Counted from the first letter of the stretch, positions 20,017 to 30,541 are shown. The stretch is DNA of 57,652 nt from an uncultured Bacteriovoracaceae bacterium (GCA_964655245.1 CAZZLQ010000005.1:1-57652); one strand, 5' to 3'. Notes: generated from the sequence alone by a model not told the origin. Made by a program: numbers and translations.

Positions 20017-21189
20017 TCAATCGCTGGACCGAGATCCTTGGGGCCGCCAATACCGCTCCAAACGATCCAGCGAGATACTGAGCGCGGCTCGTTGTTCGGC
20101 GTTGAGGTCGTCTCGCTTGAGGGACTGCTTAAGATCGTTAAAGACCCGTTTTAGGTAGTTTTGAGCACGAATGGGATCATGAGGCATGATCGCTCCTACA
20201 GTCCGAAGGAACGAATCCATATAAAGACGAGTGTACTCAGGCTGTGTACTTAAAAAGCCCAAAAGGTCCAGGGCCCGCTTTCGCTTTTCATCAATCGACC
20301 TTGGCTTTAGATAGTAATCGCCAGATCCCCTCTGATTATGGAGCCCCTCTCCAAGAAGGATTTTGTGTTCCTCCATCCCACGACTCCCCAGCAGTCGAGC
20401 GGCCGCAACGGCGATGGTCTTTTGACGATCCATCTCCTCTGCCAATTCATTGAGACGATTCCAAATCTCAAGGTTCTGAGCGCGATCGACCCGATAAAGA
20501 AGTGAAACCAATGACTTCTCCGCTCGATCTCGATCAATCGGCGAGATGATCAGAAAATCCTTCAGTCGAGAGAGCTGTTTGACATGATACAGGATCTCCT
20601 CTTTGGGCTGTGAAAGATCAATTCTATCCATCACGTCTTCAAGCTGAGGGAGAATATCTGGATGGGAAATCTCATTGGCAGGATAAGAGAGAATCAATGA
20701 ATCGTAGATCAGACCACAAAAAGTCATCGACTGCCTGCTTCCATCAAAGGGACAGAGGTCGAGGGCCTTCCAAAGATCTGATCGAATGGGCTCTCGTAAC
20801 GATTGAGATTCGAGGTAGCCAGATAAAAGTATTTTCTTCAAAGCACGAGCGGCATCCATTTGCGGACCTTCGCGAACAAGTCCTGGCGATTGATGCAGCA
20901 TCGATCCCAACGCCAAGACAAGATGGCGCTGTTGGCCTTCAGAAAAAAGAGCCTCAAACTTACCGAGTGAAAAATCAGTGGCCATGGTTGTGATCCACTC
21001 TGAAACGGCTTTTGGATCTGAATCTGTTATCTTGGACAAGAGTCCTTTGTAGATGGCAGAGGGTTGACTTCCGAGCATTCGGATCTCTCGACTGCAGCGC
21101 TCAATGCCTTGTGGCTCATAGGCCACAACGGGATCGCCAAAACTGGCCCAGAACGACAAAAGAAGTATCAGACAACGAAGCAAGCGCAC
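20017..21189 (-). CDS. Exported helical hypothetical protein
   Basis: SD GGGAG then GTG 21189; signal peptide MRLLRCLILLLSFW..VVA; long ORF. Confidence 0.7.
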   Translation of the reverse strand: MRLLRCLILLLSFWASFGDPVVAYEPQGIERCSREIRMLGSQPSAIYKGLLSKITDSDPKAVSEWITTMATDFSLGKFEALFSEGQQRHLVLALGSMLHQSPGLVREGPQMDAARALKKILLSGYLESQSLREPIRSDLWKALDLCPFDGSRQSMTFCGLIYDSLILSYPANEISHPDILPQLEDVMDRIDLSQPKEEILYHVKQLSRLKDFLIISPIDRDRAEKSLVSLLYRVDRAQNLEIWNRLNELAEEMDRQKTIAVAAARLLGSRGMEEHKILLGEGLHNQRGSGDYYLKPRSIDEKRKRALDLLGFLSTQPEYTRLYMDSFLRTVGAIMPHDPIRAQNYLKRVFNDLKQSLKRDDLNAEQRAALSISLDRLERYWRPQGSRSSD

Positions 21190-21211
21190 ATTTACTCCCA
21201 AGAGGAGGTCT

Positions 21212-21227
21212 CGCAAGAAGCATTCCA
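21212..21227 (-). promoter_or_regulatory. sigma54-type promoter
   Basis: TGGAATGCTTCTTGCG: GG-N10-GC with TTGC at -12. Confidence 0.55.
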
Positions 21228-21249
21228 CGAGAAACAGATGAGATTTTAG

Positions 21250-22170
21250 CTACTTAGCAGAGGGGCGGCTGCTGCGGGACTGTCGCAGACGGGACCTTGT
21301 TTTCCGATGGGACGCACTCGACCTGCGCTGAAACACATCCTCAACGATCAAATCATCAAGCTCTTGGGGCCCGATCGTTTTTTGACCTGCACTGAGCTGC
21401 CGCATCCTAAAGAATCTCCGTGCCTGACCATCAAAAAATTCACTCAACAAATCCCGGTCTCGCTTCAAAAACCAATGAATCAGGGGACGTTCCTCAGACA
21501 TCAAAAGATTCTCGCAAACACGAACACAGTCCTTCGAGATCCCTCGAAGATATCTCGAGATCATTTCCTCAGCTTGCTCAGCACAATTCTGATTTTGAAA
21601 CTGGAGACTCAGCGGAAACCGAGCTCTGTCTCTTTGAAGAGTCGACGAAAAACTCTGCATCCGTTCTCGATGAGGCACCTCAAGATGAATCGAGAGAACC
21701 CGATACAAGGCCATAAGAACACTGGAGAGGGATGAAATCCCCTTGAAGGCTCCAAAAATCGACGCTGAATCCCCCGAACCAGCTTCGCGAGCGATGTTCA
21801 CTTTCAAGAACATTCCTTGAGAATCGATCCGAAGGTAGAAGTAGGATTCAGGATTGGTCTTTTGCCGATTAAACGGAGGGCGAATCAATCGTAAGAGCGC
21901 ATTTTCCCTCAGCAAAGCATCCTTTTCTGATGGCAAGATTTCAAAATCAATTCGACTGACTTGCTGAATCATGCGCTGAACCTTTCGAGGCAGGTCCATT
22001 CCGCAATACGAACTCAATCGAGCTTTTAGATTTTTGGCTTTTCCAACATAGAGAACCTGATCTTCTTGATTCTTCATGATGTAAACCCCCGGATCCGTTG
22101 GAAGACTGCGAAAAAAATCCTCCGGCAGGCGCAGTCGAAGGGGGTTGAGCTGTGGAAACAGAGATCTCAT
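21250..22170 (-). CDS. GIY-YIG nuclease (UvrC/Cho N-terminal-like)
   Basis: LPTDPGVYIM, LYVGKAKNLKARLSSY, ALLRENALL..IRPPFN; ATG overlaps the upstream stop. Confidence 0.85.
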   Translation of the reverse strand: MRSLFPQLNPLRLRLPEDFFRSLPTDPGVYIMKNQEDQVLYVGKAKNLKARLSSYCGMDLPRKVQRMIQQVSRIDFEILPSEKDALLRENALLRLIRPPFNRQKTNPESYFYLRIDSQGMFLKVNIAREAGSGDSASIFGAFKGISSLSSVLMALYRVLSIHLEVPHRERMQSFSSTLQRDRARFPLSLQFQNQNCAEQAEEMISRYLRGISKDCVRVCENLLMSEERPLIHWFLKRDRDLLSEFFDGQARRFFRMRQLSAGQKTIGPQELDDLIVEDVFQRRSSASHRKTRSRLRQSRSSRPSAK

Positions 22171-22907
22171 CGTCGGCGATAAGAAAGGGCATAGCAGACT
22201 TCGGCGCCAAACAACAAGATGAGAGCGGTGTAGTAAATCCAAAGCAAAAACGCGAGTAAGGCACCCGTCGCACCATAGGCAGACGTTACGGCTGTCGCTT
22301 TGAGATAAATCCCAAACAAAGCATTTCCCAACTCAAACCCCAGAGTTGCCACAAGGCTGCCCAGAATCGCTGGGATCCAGTTTGCTCGCTTCTCTGGAAG
22401 AAACTTAAGCGCCAGCAAGGCACTCAAAAACATGAGCACCCATCGAAAATGCTCCACATTCCATTGGTTGAGAATCTGAATCAAGATTGAGCTCAAAAAC
22501 AGAAACAAGATAAACACAAAGACTAGACCGACAGAAAACAAACGCTTCACAAACCAAACTCGTAAGGGACGAGCCTTCACTTCAAAAATACGATTCAATG
22601 ATGTTTGCAGCTGCGCAAACATCGCTGACGCAAAAATCAGACTGATCGCAAGAGATAGAATCCCTGCCCAAGACCGGGTCGAAGGCTGCTGGCTTTGTTC
22701 AACAATCCGAGAGGCCATATCAGCGGCAGGAGATCCAAACATCAACTGAATCTGAGCTATCAATTCCTGAACTGATGAAGGAAGGTAACTGACGACAACA
22801 ACGGTGATCACAGCCAATGGAGCAAGCGAAAGAGCTGAATAATAAGACAGCGCCGCAGCGAGAGTAGGCAAATCATCATCAATCAGTTTTGACCAAAATC
22901 GCCTCAT
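22167..22907 (-). CDS. YihY/BrkB family membrane protein
   Basis: AAALSYYSALSLAP, LQTSLNRIF, YGATGALLAFLLWIYY..ILLFGAE. Confidence 0.9.
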   Translation of the reverse strand: MRRFWSKLIDDDLPTLAAALSYYSALSLAPLAVITVVVVSYLPSSVQELIAQIQLMFGSPAADMASRIVEQSQQPSTRSWAGILSLAISLIFASAMFAQLQTSLNRIFEVKARPLRVWFVKRLFSVGLVFVFILFLFLSSILIQILNQWNVEHFRWVLMFLSALLALKFLPEKRANWIPAILGSLVATLGFELGNALFGIYLKATAVTSAYGATGALLAFLLWIYYTALILLFGAEVCYALSYRRR

Positions 22908-24289
22908 ACTTTGAGAGTATCGGAATTGAGATGCACCTGAAAGCGCTTCATGACCCAGACATGCAGCCGAGCTTGAGTAAATCGATAAATATACCAGGGC
23001 AGCTTTGGTCGAAACTCATGAAGCGCTGCCATCACCCATCGTCCTCCTAGAACCTCTCGAAACTCCAACCTTCCTCGATTGGTTTCAGCAGAGAGAAGTC
23101 CTTCACGTACATAGAAGAGTTGGCGGTCTGATTGACTTCGCGAAGGCTCATACTCAAGAACCAAAAGGGGTTTGGGAACACCAATGAAATCAAAATTCAA
23201 GAATCGATCTTCTTTGGCATGAACACGAACTAAGAAGCCGAGCATTCTTGGCAACCACAACATATAATCACGCGCGACATCCACCGCTCGAATTCCTGAT
23301 GGAACTTCGAGGCGCTGGACACTTCGGACATCCGAGTCGTGAGTGCGCTGCTTTTGACTTTCGAGAGCTCGGCTTTGATCGAGCTTTTGTTTTTGAGATT
23401 TTAAATCAGTAAGAACTTCATCGAGCGTCTGTGGACGACCTCCCATGAGGCGAAACAAATCTCGCTGTGGATCTACCTTGAGCTCATGCTTGAGACTTTC
23501 AAGAAGGGGTTTAACCAGAGCCATCGAAGCCCCCGTCACAAGGCGCACCCAAAGCCTAGAAAGACCAATCGAGAAAAAGGGGACACTCAGAAGCTTCGGA
23601 TTCCCTTTGAACTTAAGAGCAGTTTGAAGCAGGAGCTCGCGATAGTTCAGAAACTCCCACATCCCGAGATCAAATGTCTTATCCATGACCTCTGAACGTC
23701 CCAAACAAAACTGAATCGACCGAATCACATCAGATAGACTCACCGCAACGGTCTGAGTACGCGTCCAAGCAGGAAGAATCATCGCCGGCAATCGCTGGAT
23801 CAGTCTGTAGAGCATTTGAAAGGAAGATCCGTCCGGTCCCATAATGAGTCCCGTTCGAAGAACGGTGACAGGAACTCCGTGTGATCTCAAGACCTCCTCA
23901 ACTTCCTGCCGGGATCTTAAGTGGGGGGACATCTCCTCAGGAGGGCAATGAGGAACAAGTCCGCCTAAATAAATAATCTGCTTGAGCCCATTTTTCTTGG
24001 CCGCGCGGGCAAAATTATCTGCCGCAAGCAGGTCAAAATCCTGAAACTCTCCTTGTGTCAGACGCGCCGAAGGCAGCATGGAGTGAACCAGATAAATTCC
24101 AACATCGGCACCGCGAAGGCCCTCCTCGGAATCTCGAAGAGAAAACAAATCGCACTGCCGAAACTCGACATTCTCGATGGTCGATTTCTGACGAGAAAGA
24201 GCAATGAGAGAATATTCCGACTTGATCTGTTGAATGAGAGCTCGGCCAATGAATCCACTGGCCCCGGCAATAACAATACGAGGCTTCAC
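22904..24289 (-). CDS. NAD(P)-binding atypical SDR/epimerase (YbjT-like)
   Basis: GASGFIG, YLVHSM, IIYLGGL, HLRSRQEVE; GTG 24289 lies 6 nt after TATGCT. Confidence 0.8.
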   Translation of the reverse strand: MKPRIVIAGASGFIGRALIQQIKSEYSLIALSRQKSTIENVEFRQCDLFSLRDSEEGLRGADVGIYLVHSMLPSARLTQGEFQDFDLLAADNFARAAKKNGLKQIIYLGGLVPHCPPEEMSPHLRSRQEVEEVLRSHGVPVTVLRTGLIMGPDGSSFQMLYRLIQRLPAMILPAWTRTQTVAVSLSDVIRSIQFCLGRSEVMDKTFDLGMWEFLNYRELLLQTALKFKGNPKLLSVPFFSIGLSRLWVRLVTGASMALVKPLLESLKHELKVDPQRDLFRLMGGRPQTLDEVLTDLKSQKQKLDQSRALESQKQRTHDSDVRSVQRLEVPSGIRAVDVARDYMLWLPRMLGFLVRVHAKEDRFLNFDFIGVPKPLLVLEYEPSRSQSDRQLFYVREGLLSAETNRGRLEFREVLGGRWVMAALHEFRPKLPWYIYRFTQARLHVWVMKRFQVHLNSDTLKV

Positions 24290-24343
24290 ATTCAAAGCAT
24301 AGGGGAGAGGCAAGAGAATGGAAACAGACTTTCAAGCAGGATA

Positions 24344-25303
24344 CTAGGAGCCCTGCTTTTGCTTTTGGATCCAATCATCAAGGGACATGGAGCCGACTCG
24401 AAGCCCGCCATGATGACGATTGAATCGAGCATTCCATTCATCGGATCGATCAGTTCCAAAAATAAAGAAAAAGGGATTAATGTACTGATTTCCTCGAACA
24501 GGATCAGCCGAGGAAATCTCAGCGAAATAATATTCGGTTTCTCCATCTCGTGAGACAGGCATCAGAGAGCCCACGGGCTCGCCCGAGGAATTAGTCACCT
24601 GAAGAGGCATCGAGATCGGTCCAAAGAGCGTGGGTATCGTCATCTCTTGCATCATCGACTCGCCAATGTAAACACTGCCTCCAAACCGTAGGTTGCTATC
24701 AGTAATGGCGTCTCTTTCAAAGGCATAGCCGCCGACTTTATCCATCCATGTTTCAGCTCCGGAGGGAGGATTTTCGGCCAACTCATTGATTTTCTCCTCA
24801 TGGCGCTTCAAGAATGCTCGAATATTGTCCAGCTTCTTCCAGAAGCTTTCCACACAAAGATCCGCGACTCGAGCATCAAAATTCTGACAAACCTGTTGCA
24901 CAGCGGGATTAAACTTCTCACGATCCTCGAGATCCTTAGTCATATTCTTCATGAGTCGAAACACATGAGTCTTTTCCCCGTTGGGACCCACTCGCATCTC
25001 GTACATCGGCCCACCCACATTCGCGGTCGCAATGCCCATCTGCTGAATGAGAGAAACTCTTTGATTGTCCAAACCCATAATGAGAGGCTCTGCTTTTTGC
25101 TTCTCCACAGTTTCAAAGACATTGTTCAAAAAATTTCCGGCCTCACCCATGGAGGCAGCGATGGTCGATGAATTTTTCTTGAGACACTGCCACTGATCCT
25201 GAGGACTCATTTTTTGAAACGGCTCGTTGGCCGCGCTGAGGTGCACCTGAGGCAGGGACAAGCAGCTCAGCAAAAAACCGAGAAAATGCGTAAATCGAGG
25301 CAT
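24344..25303 (-). CDS. Exported hypothetical protein
   Basis: Long ORF with signal-peptide-like N-terminus MPRFTHFLGFLLSCLSL. Confidence 0.65.
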   Translation of the reverse strand: MPRFTHFLGFLLSCLSLPQVHLSAANEPFQKMSPQDQWQCLKKNSSTIAASMGEAGNFLNNVFETVEKQKAEPLIMGLDNQRVSLIQQMGIATANVGGPMYEMRVGPNGEKTHVFRLMKNMTKDLEDREKFNPAVQQVCQNFDARVADLCVESFWKKLDNIRAFLKRHEEKINELAENPPSGAETWMDKVGGYAFERDAITDSNLRFGGSVYIGESMMQEMTIPTLFGPISMPLQVTNSSGEPVGSLMPVSRDGETEYYFAEISSADPVRGNQYINPFFFIFGTDRSDEWNARFNRHHGGLRVGSMSLDDWIQKQKQGS

Positions 25304-25397
25304 TACTGCCTTAAGATGCAATATCCGGGATGTGACAGAGACTCCTTTAAACCAATGAAAAGGCAGTGCTATGCAAAGCCCTTCGTAGTCCGGCCAT

Positions 25398-27134
25398 CTA
25401 TTCGACCGTCATAACACGATCAACACCAACAGGCTGCAGTGTCGTCCCTGTACTGGCCTTCATATCCTCTATGGCTTGCTGAAGATTGATTTCCGTCTTT
25501 TGAATTTTGGTCACAACCGCCTGAAGAACTCCTCCCGACAACTCGGCCTTAAACCAATCCGTGTTGAGCCCCTGCAAAGCCAAGGGAAAGTTCCAGTTTG
25601 TCTCCTCAAATCCTTTGACGGTGGTGACCCCTCCTGATGTCGTCATCACCTTGGTGCTAGGCATAGTGGTTCCCACAAAAAGGCCATTGAACTCAGCACG
25701 TCCCAAAGCAATTCCATTACTGACGTTGAACAAACTAGAATCAAAGACAACGGCTGAATTTTGCTCACCAATACCAATGAAGGAAACATCTGCTTGAAAG
25801 GTGGAAGACCCATCGCTCGGAAGCAAGGCGGTCGTCAGCTGAGACAGCTTTTTGTCTGGCACAAGAGAACTTGCACTCGCATCGACAACCAGATTTCCCT
25901 TCGAAATCAGTGTGATATATCCTTCGTGCGACGGATTAGTTGCGTCTCGCACCATGGGTGTCTCGAATCGAATATTGCCGTCGGCCAAAATCGCGATCGC
26001 TTTTTGCCGAAACTCATAGCCATCTCCCCGAGCCTGTAAACGAACTTCGCCGCCCTCTGCGTAGAGAGCTTGATTGTGACTTATGGACTTGTCTCTAAAA
26101 ATCTGGGCAGCAGGTCCTGAACAATCTCCGGTTGTGTACTTCTCAAGCGTCACACGAGACTCCCCCTCAAAAATCACTCGAGAGCATTGAATTGAATTCG
26201 AGACATCACCACCATCCACTGTACCTTCAGCTAGCAAAACGGAGTTCACTGCTATGTATCCTCCCCCGACAGTCTTCTGGCTCGCCGCGGTGGTGGAAGT
26301 CAGCCATTGATTGGACCAAGGATTCTGATTCTCTGTGACCCAACTCTGATTCACGGCATTTCTCTTGAGATCCTCAAAAAGCAAGGGGAGTGCTTCAAAA
26401 CTGAGAGCTCGATGTCCCAAGATAATCCCGCCGTTAAGGTGCAGTTGATTTTGATCCGTCGGCTCCAAGCTCGAAGCGTCGGAGAGATTAGTCACAAAAG
26501 CCTTCTGAAATGTGATGGGGCCTGATTCGGTACGAAAGTAGATCTTTGCTGAGCCCGTCGAGAGAGCCTCCTGGGAGAAGTTAACACCGAACAAGCCATT
26601 GATCAGGGATTTGCCAATATTGAGCTGCGGTCGAGTTTCATTTTTGACCAAAAACGCATACGAATTGAGTTTGGCGTTTTGAACTTGAATCTCGGCCCGA
26701 ATGAGAGAGCTCACTTGGCCGTCTTCGGAAAGAGACCTTACAAGAGTGCGAAAGATTTTGGGAAAGACCTGTCGAAGAGAGCAGGAACTAAGCGTTGGAC
26801 CCTCTCCAATACACGAAAGCTCGAGAGCCCGGTCCGAAAGCGTGGGGATCTGGGCCAAAACACTTTGCAAACCCACATTGAGTGGGGTTTGCGGAGCGGA
26901 TCCGGCCTCTAATGAACTCAATCGAGCTTGCACTTGTCTTAAGAGCTCGGATTTGACTTCCTCGAGAGATCCCGAAACCTGCCACTGAGCTTGCGTCTGA
27001 GACGATTTCTGTTCAGACACGTCTTTAAAGCGCTGCGATTTCCCCATGAAAAAGACAAAAACAGACGTCAGAGCCACCAGACCCACCAGAGCAATGGCCA
27101 GGGCAAAACCTTCATTTGTTTTTTGCTTCAACAT
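25398..27134 (-). CDS. PilX-like type IV pilus minor protein
   Basis: EG|FALAIALVGLVAL class III signal lacking E5, as in PilX/GspK; SD AAGGAG. Confidence 0.65.
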   Translation of the reverse strand: MLKQKTNEGFALAIALVGLVALTSVFVFFMGKSQRFKDVSEQKSSQTQAQWQVSGSLEEVKSELLRQVQARLSSLEAGSAPQTPLNVGLQSVLAQIPTLSDRALELSCIGEGPTLSSCSLRQVFPKIFRTLVRSLSEDGQVSSLIRAEIQVQNAKLNSYAFLVKNETRPQLNIGKSLINGLFGVNFSQEALSTGSAKIYFRTESGPITFQKAFVTNLSDASSLEPTDQNQLHLNGGIILGHRALSFEALPLLFEDLKRNAVNQSWVTENQNPWSNQWLTSTTAASQKTVGGGYIAVNSVLLAEGTVDGGDVSNSIQCSRVIFEGESRVTLEKYTTGDCSGPAAQIFRDKSISHNQALYAEGGEVRLQARGDGYEFRQKAIAILADGNIRFETPMVRDATNPSHEGYITLISKGNLVVDASASSLVPDKKLSQLTTALLPSDGSSTFQADVSFIGIGEQNSAVVFDSSLFNVSNGIALGRAEFNGLFVGTTMPSTKVMTTSGGVTTVKGFEETNWNFPLALQGLNTDWFKAELSGGVLQAVVTKIQKTEINLQQAIEDMKASTGTTLQPVGVDRVMTVE

Positions 27135-27146
27135 TGTTTCTCCTTG

Positions 27147-29978
27147 TTAAAATCCCTGAGTCCCCTGAGCAGTCCCACCCTGCGGACCTCCGCACGTGGG
27201 TGGAAGATTCCCATTCGGAGGAGTTCCCGTGATAACCCTTCTCACAGCATTGATTTCCGTGATGAGAGGTGATGAGCCCCGGGGCTGACATTTCCAACTA
27301 CAATAGTCGGCCCAAGCGCTTAATTCAGGAAGAACGGCATCGTGATTGCCAACGCCCTCGGTGGCAAGCCCCGCCTGGCAGCAATTGGGCCCACTACCCA
27401 TGAGCTTGCAGAACATATAGGAACAGCTTGTTAGGGACGTCGGCTCAATGGCCAGCTGTCCGCCCACCCAACACCAGACCGCATTTTCAGCCTCATTGAA
27501 CGTAGTACAGACATAGGGATTGCATCTCCACGGCGCCGCTGGATCCCAGTTTTGGCATTGAGATGTTGGGATATGAGCCCATGATTGAGGTTGAATGGCA
27601 TAGAATTGTAAAACTTCGGAGCGATTAGAAGCAGAGGTAGGAACTCCCTCCAAAGTTAAAGGAACATCCTTTCGAAAATCAATATTGAGACCTAGGGGAA
27701 AGGACGGGGGATTGTTTTGATTTCCGGGCACCCAATCGTATTGGTTATAGATTCCCCGAGTTTCCTTTTCGAAGCACTCACAGGCAGCTGCCAAATCAGA
27801 TGACATGGCCAACTTTCCTGCAAGTCCTGACAAAGATGTTTCATTCAAGTTGTAAACAATCTCACCAGCCGGAATACTACTGTAGGGCGTACCCACAGAC
27901 GCATTCGACGGCCAAAAGGAAAAGTCTATGGTCTTACTGCCGATAGTCAGCTGGGGAGTCGTTGTGTTATTCACAAACATTGTGTTGGGGCAGGCCAACG
28001 CAGCGGATGAAGGGTTTCGGCGATAGTCAATATTACAGATCTTCCGAAAATCAATATGTTGCCGATGTATCGGCGACTCCCAGGTTGATAAACACTGAGA
28101 TGATGGGGCATTCGACGAACTTAAATCACAGGCAAAGGGAATCTCAGTGGTTAAACACTGGCAGCGATTGAGAAAGGCGTTTGTTGAAACCCCGAAGTAA
28201 TCTCGAACAGCAAGATCACAGGATCTTCCTTTGTCCCAAACATTTTGATAGGTCTGACAACGCAAACGGGAGTTGGTTGGATCCGAGAGACTGCCAAGCT
28301 CGGGAGAGGTTCCGCTCGAGCTCTCCATACCGTTTCGCAGAGCATATCCTCTGGTCTGAGGAGCGCTCAGGCTCTCAAAAGCCGGACGATTGCTGGGGGT
28401 TTGGGGAACAACAAAGAAGTCGTTCGCTCCGTTGGGCCCACCCCGCAGACAATCACACGCCAGCCGATAACCAGGATGCCGCTGAATCACTTCGGTAATA
28501 CAACCATAGTGATTACCCAAATGAGTCATTCGAGTTCGATAGCTCGAATCACTCCACGCATTGAGGGGAATACTCGACCAATTCCCCATTTGAGCACGCT
28601 GGCCTTCATCGCTCGGATTAGGGTTCCAGCCCATACAAAAGCTTGAGGGATTTTCATGTCCTGCGTGTCTTCCATATCCGATCCACCAAGGAGAATTGAT
28701 GTCCGTATCACGAAAAGCAGAACTACAACTTGGCTTACAGCGGCTTTGGGTTGGATTCAAACAAGCTCCACTCGTTCCCTGAGCTAACTCAGCGCCTCCC
28801 ACTCGTCGATGGCTCTCAATGTCGAGATAGAAATCAACGGTCGCACTGAGTTTTGTATCGGTTGGATTTCTGCGAAAGAGCTGATACCGAAAGCCTCCAA
28901 AAGCACTTTCAACTGAATGGGGCGACGAATCGGCAGAGGCAAGGAGACTTTCGGGTAGATCTGTGTCCATCACGATTCGAATCGCCAAACCTGAGAGATC
29001 TTTTGGCTTCACACATCGAGGGGAGATTGATCCTGTAGAAGCATCTATAAACGGAGCCCCCGTTGTCACATTGACCGCACCGGCTGCACATTCCGTCCGC
29101 ATCCAAGCTGCCCAATAGGAGGGGACGAAGGAGTCGGGTGTCGCTAATCGATCAATCGGTGAAGAAGACGCTGGCAGAATCAAAGCGTCATTATCCCGAT
29201 CCTCAAATGCCATTCCCACACGAAACTCGCGAACCCCTTCAGCCAAAACTGTCGACAAAGGGAAACTCGAATTGGTGTCTCGAAATGAGGACAGTCGAAC
29301 CAATCGACCCGTGGCTGAATCTCGTCGAATCTGAATGCGCTCGGCCGTTCGAACGAAAGTCGGCGAGTTTGCAAAAGCTGAGGAATCCGCAGTCCGCACA
29401 AAATAGACTGTGTTGACACTGGTACCTGCAGAAGCAACACTTGGCTGCCGTTGGACAATTTCTGTTTTTTTGTAGTTTGTGATCGAGAAAAAAACGCCTG
29501 AGCGAATAGCATGCCAGAAATAGCTCAAATCCGGATTGCCCGCCGCTGGAGGATTTACTGCGCTCTTGAGGGCAGACACATAAAAGCTCGACGGACTAAC
29601 AGAAGCTCGAACACTAAACTCTTCATTAAGCGGTCGAAAGAATTGAAGAGTTGGCTCGTTGGATCCAGCGAGAAAAAAAGTGGAGACGCCAGCGAGGTGG
29701 CCAGGATCCTTCAGGGGGTTGATCTCTTGAACCAACTGAAGGGATCGGCCCACGGTTATAGCATTATTAAGAACAGCAACTCGCAAGTCGCGATCAAAGA
29801 CCTCTTTGAGTGCCGAGGCGTTTTTTAAAAACTCAAGACGTTTAGCTTCTTGTTGTGCCACTCGATTGTAACGAGCAAATCCCCAAAAGACCGCCGCTGC
29901 AATCACAACGCCCACGGCCACGGAAACAATCAACTCCGTTAGGGTATAGGCTCTCACCACCGAACGCCGAATCGTCAT
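27147..29978 (-). CDS. Giant prepilin-type (PilW-like) protein with Cys-rich C-terminal region
   Basis: RA|YTLTELIVSVAVGVVI class III signal with E5; FDRDLRVA; LAEGVREF; about 30 Cys in the last two thirds. Confidence 0.7.
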   Translation of the reverse strand: MTIRRSVVRAYTLTELIVSVAVGVVIAAAVFWGFARYNRVAQQEAKRLEFLKNASALKEVFDRDLRVAVLNNAITVGRSLQLVQEINPLKDPGHLAGVSTFFLAGSNEPTLQFFRPLNEEFSVRASVSPSSFYVSALKSAVNPPAAGNPDLSYFWHAIRSGVFFSITNYKKTEIVQRQPSVASAGTSVNTVYFVRTADSSAFANSPTFVRTAERIQIRRDSATGRLVRLSSFRDTNSSFPLSTVLAEGVREFRVGMAFEDRDNDALILPASSSPIDRLATPDSFVPSYWAAWMRTECAAGAVNVTTGAPFIDASTGSISPRCVKPKDLSGLAIRIVMDTDLPESLLASADSSPHSVESAFGGFRYQLFRRNPTDTKLSATVDFYLDIESHRRVGGAELAQGTSGACLNPTQSRCKPSCSSAFRDTDINSPWWIGYGRHAGHENPSSFCMGWNPNPSDEGQRAQMGNWSSIPLNAWSDSSYRTRMTHLGNHYGCITEVIQRHPGYRLACDCLRGGPNGANDFFVVPQTPSNRPAFESLSAPQTRGYALRNGMESSSGTSPELGSLSDPTNSRLRCQTYQNVWDKGRSCDLAVRDYFGVSTNAFLNRCQCLTTEIPFACDLSSSNAPSSQCLSTWESPIHRQHIDFRKICNIDYRRNPSSAALACPNTMFVNNTTTPQLTIGSKTIDFSFWPSNASVGTPYSSIPAGEIVYNLNETSLSGLAGKLAMSSDLAAACECFEKETRGIYNQYDWVPGNQNNPPSFPLGLNIDFRKDVPLTLEGVPTSASNRSEVLQFYAIQPQSWAHIPTSQCQNWDPAAPWRCNPYVCTTFNEAENAVWCWVGGQLAIEPTSLTSCSYMFCKLMGSGPNCCQAGLATEGVGNHDAVLPELSAWADYCSWKCQPRGSSPLITEINAVRRVITGTPPNGNLPPTCGGPQGGTAQGTQGF

Positions 29979-30144
29979 TGTGAAAAATCCCCTCAGGTAG
30001 TAGTTTAAACGAAAGACAGAGAGCCTAAAAGCTCTAAACCCTTAAAATCACACAAACAAATTTGCGCACCTGCATGCCCGGTCCGCAAAGATTCTCAAGC
30101 CTCTTGGCATTGATTTTAGAGTATCCCCAGACTAATCCAGCAGC

Positions 30145-30510
30145 ATGACAACGCATCCTCGCAGCTTGCTCCTTGCCGCTTCGGCCTGGCTCCTTGGCGG
30201 ACTGGGTGTTGTGATGGGTGCTGTGGGCTCTCACGCCGTTGATTCTGCTCAAGCGCAAAACTGGATCCGACTGGCTTCGATGTTTCAAATGATTCACGCA
30301 CTGGCCCTGCTGATGACCGTTCAGTGGTTTGGACGCACTCATTGGATCTCCTATTTGTTTCTTCTCGGAATGATCTTGTTTTGCGGCAGCCTCTACGGAC
30401 TCAGCTTCACCGAGATCGAGATCTTTCGAAAGATCACTCCGTTTGGCGGAATCTGCCTGATTGCAGCCTGGTTTGGCGCAGCCATCCTTTCTTTAAAAAA
30501 ATCAGTGTAG
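30145..30510 (+). CDS. DUF423 (YgdD/TMEM256) membrane protein
   Basis: GAVGSH, QMIHALAL, LFCGSLY, ITPFGG. Confidence 0.9.
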   Translation: MTTHPRSLLLAASAWLLGGLGVVMGAVGSHAVDSAQAQNWIRLASMFQMIHALALLMTVQWFGRTHWISYLFLLGMILFCGSLYGLSFTEIEIFRKITPFGGICLIAAWFGAAILSLKKSV

Positions 30511-30541
30511 GCCTCCGCCTCTTTGCTGATAGAAAACCTAA

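Noticed and set aside
21250-22170. GIY-YIG gene as a homing endonuclease or mobile element
   Set aside because: UvrC/Cho-type motifs, translationally coupled in an ordinary operon, no intron or repeat boundaries
24344-25303. Exported orphan as a tenth Cys-tagged protein
   Set aside because: Three mature Cys, and QCLKKNSS does not fit C-x3-hydrophobic; left out of the set
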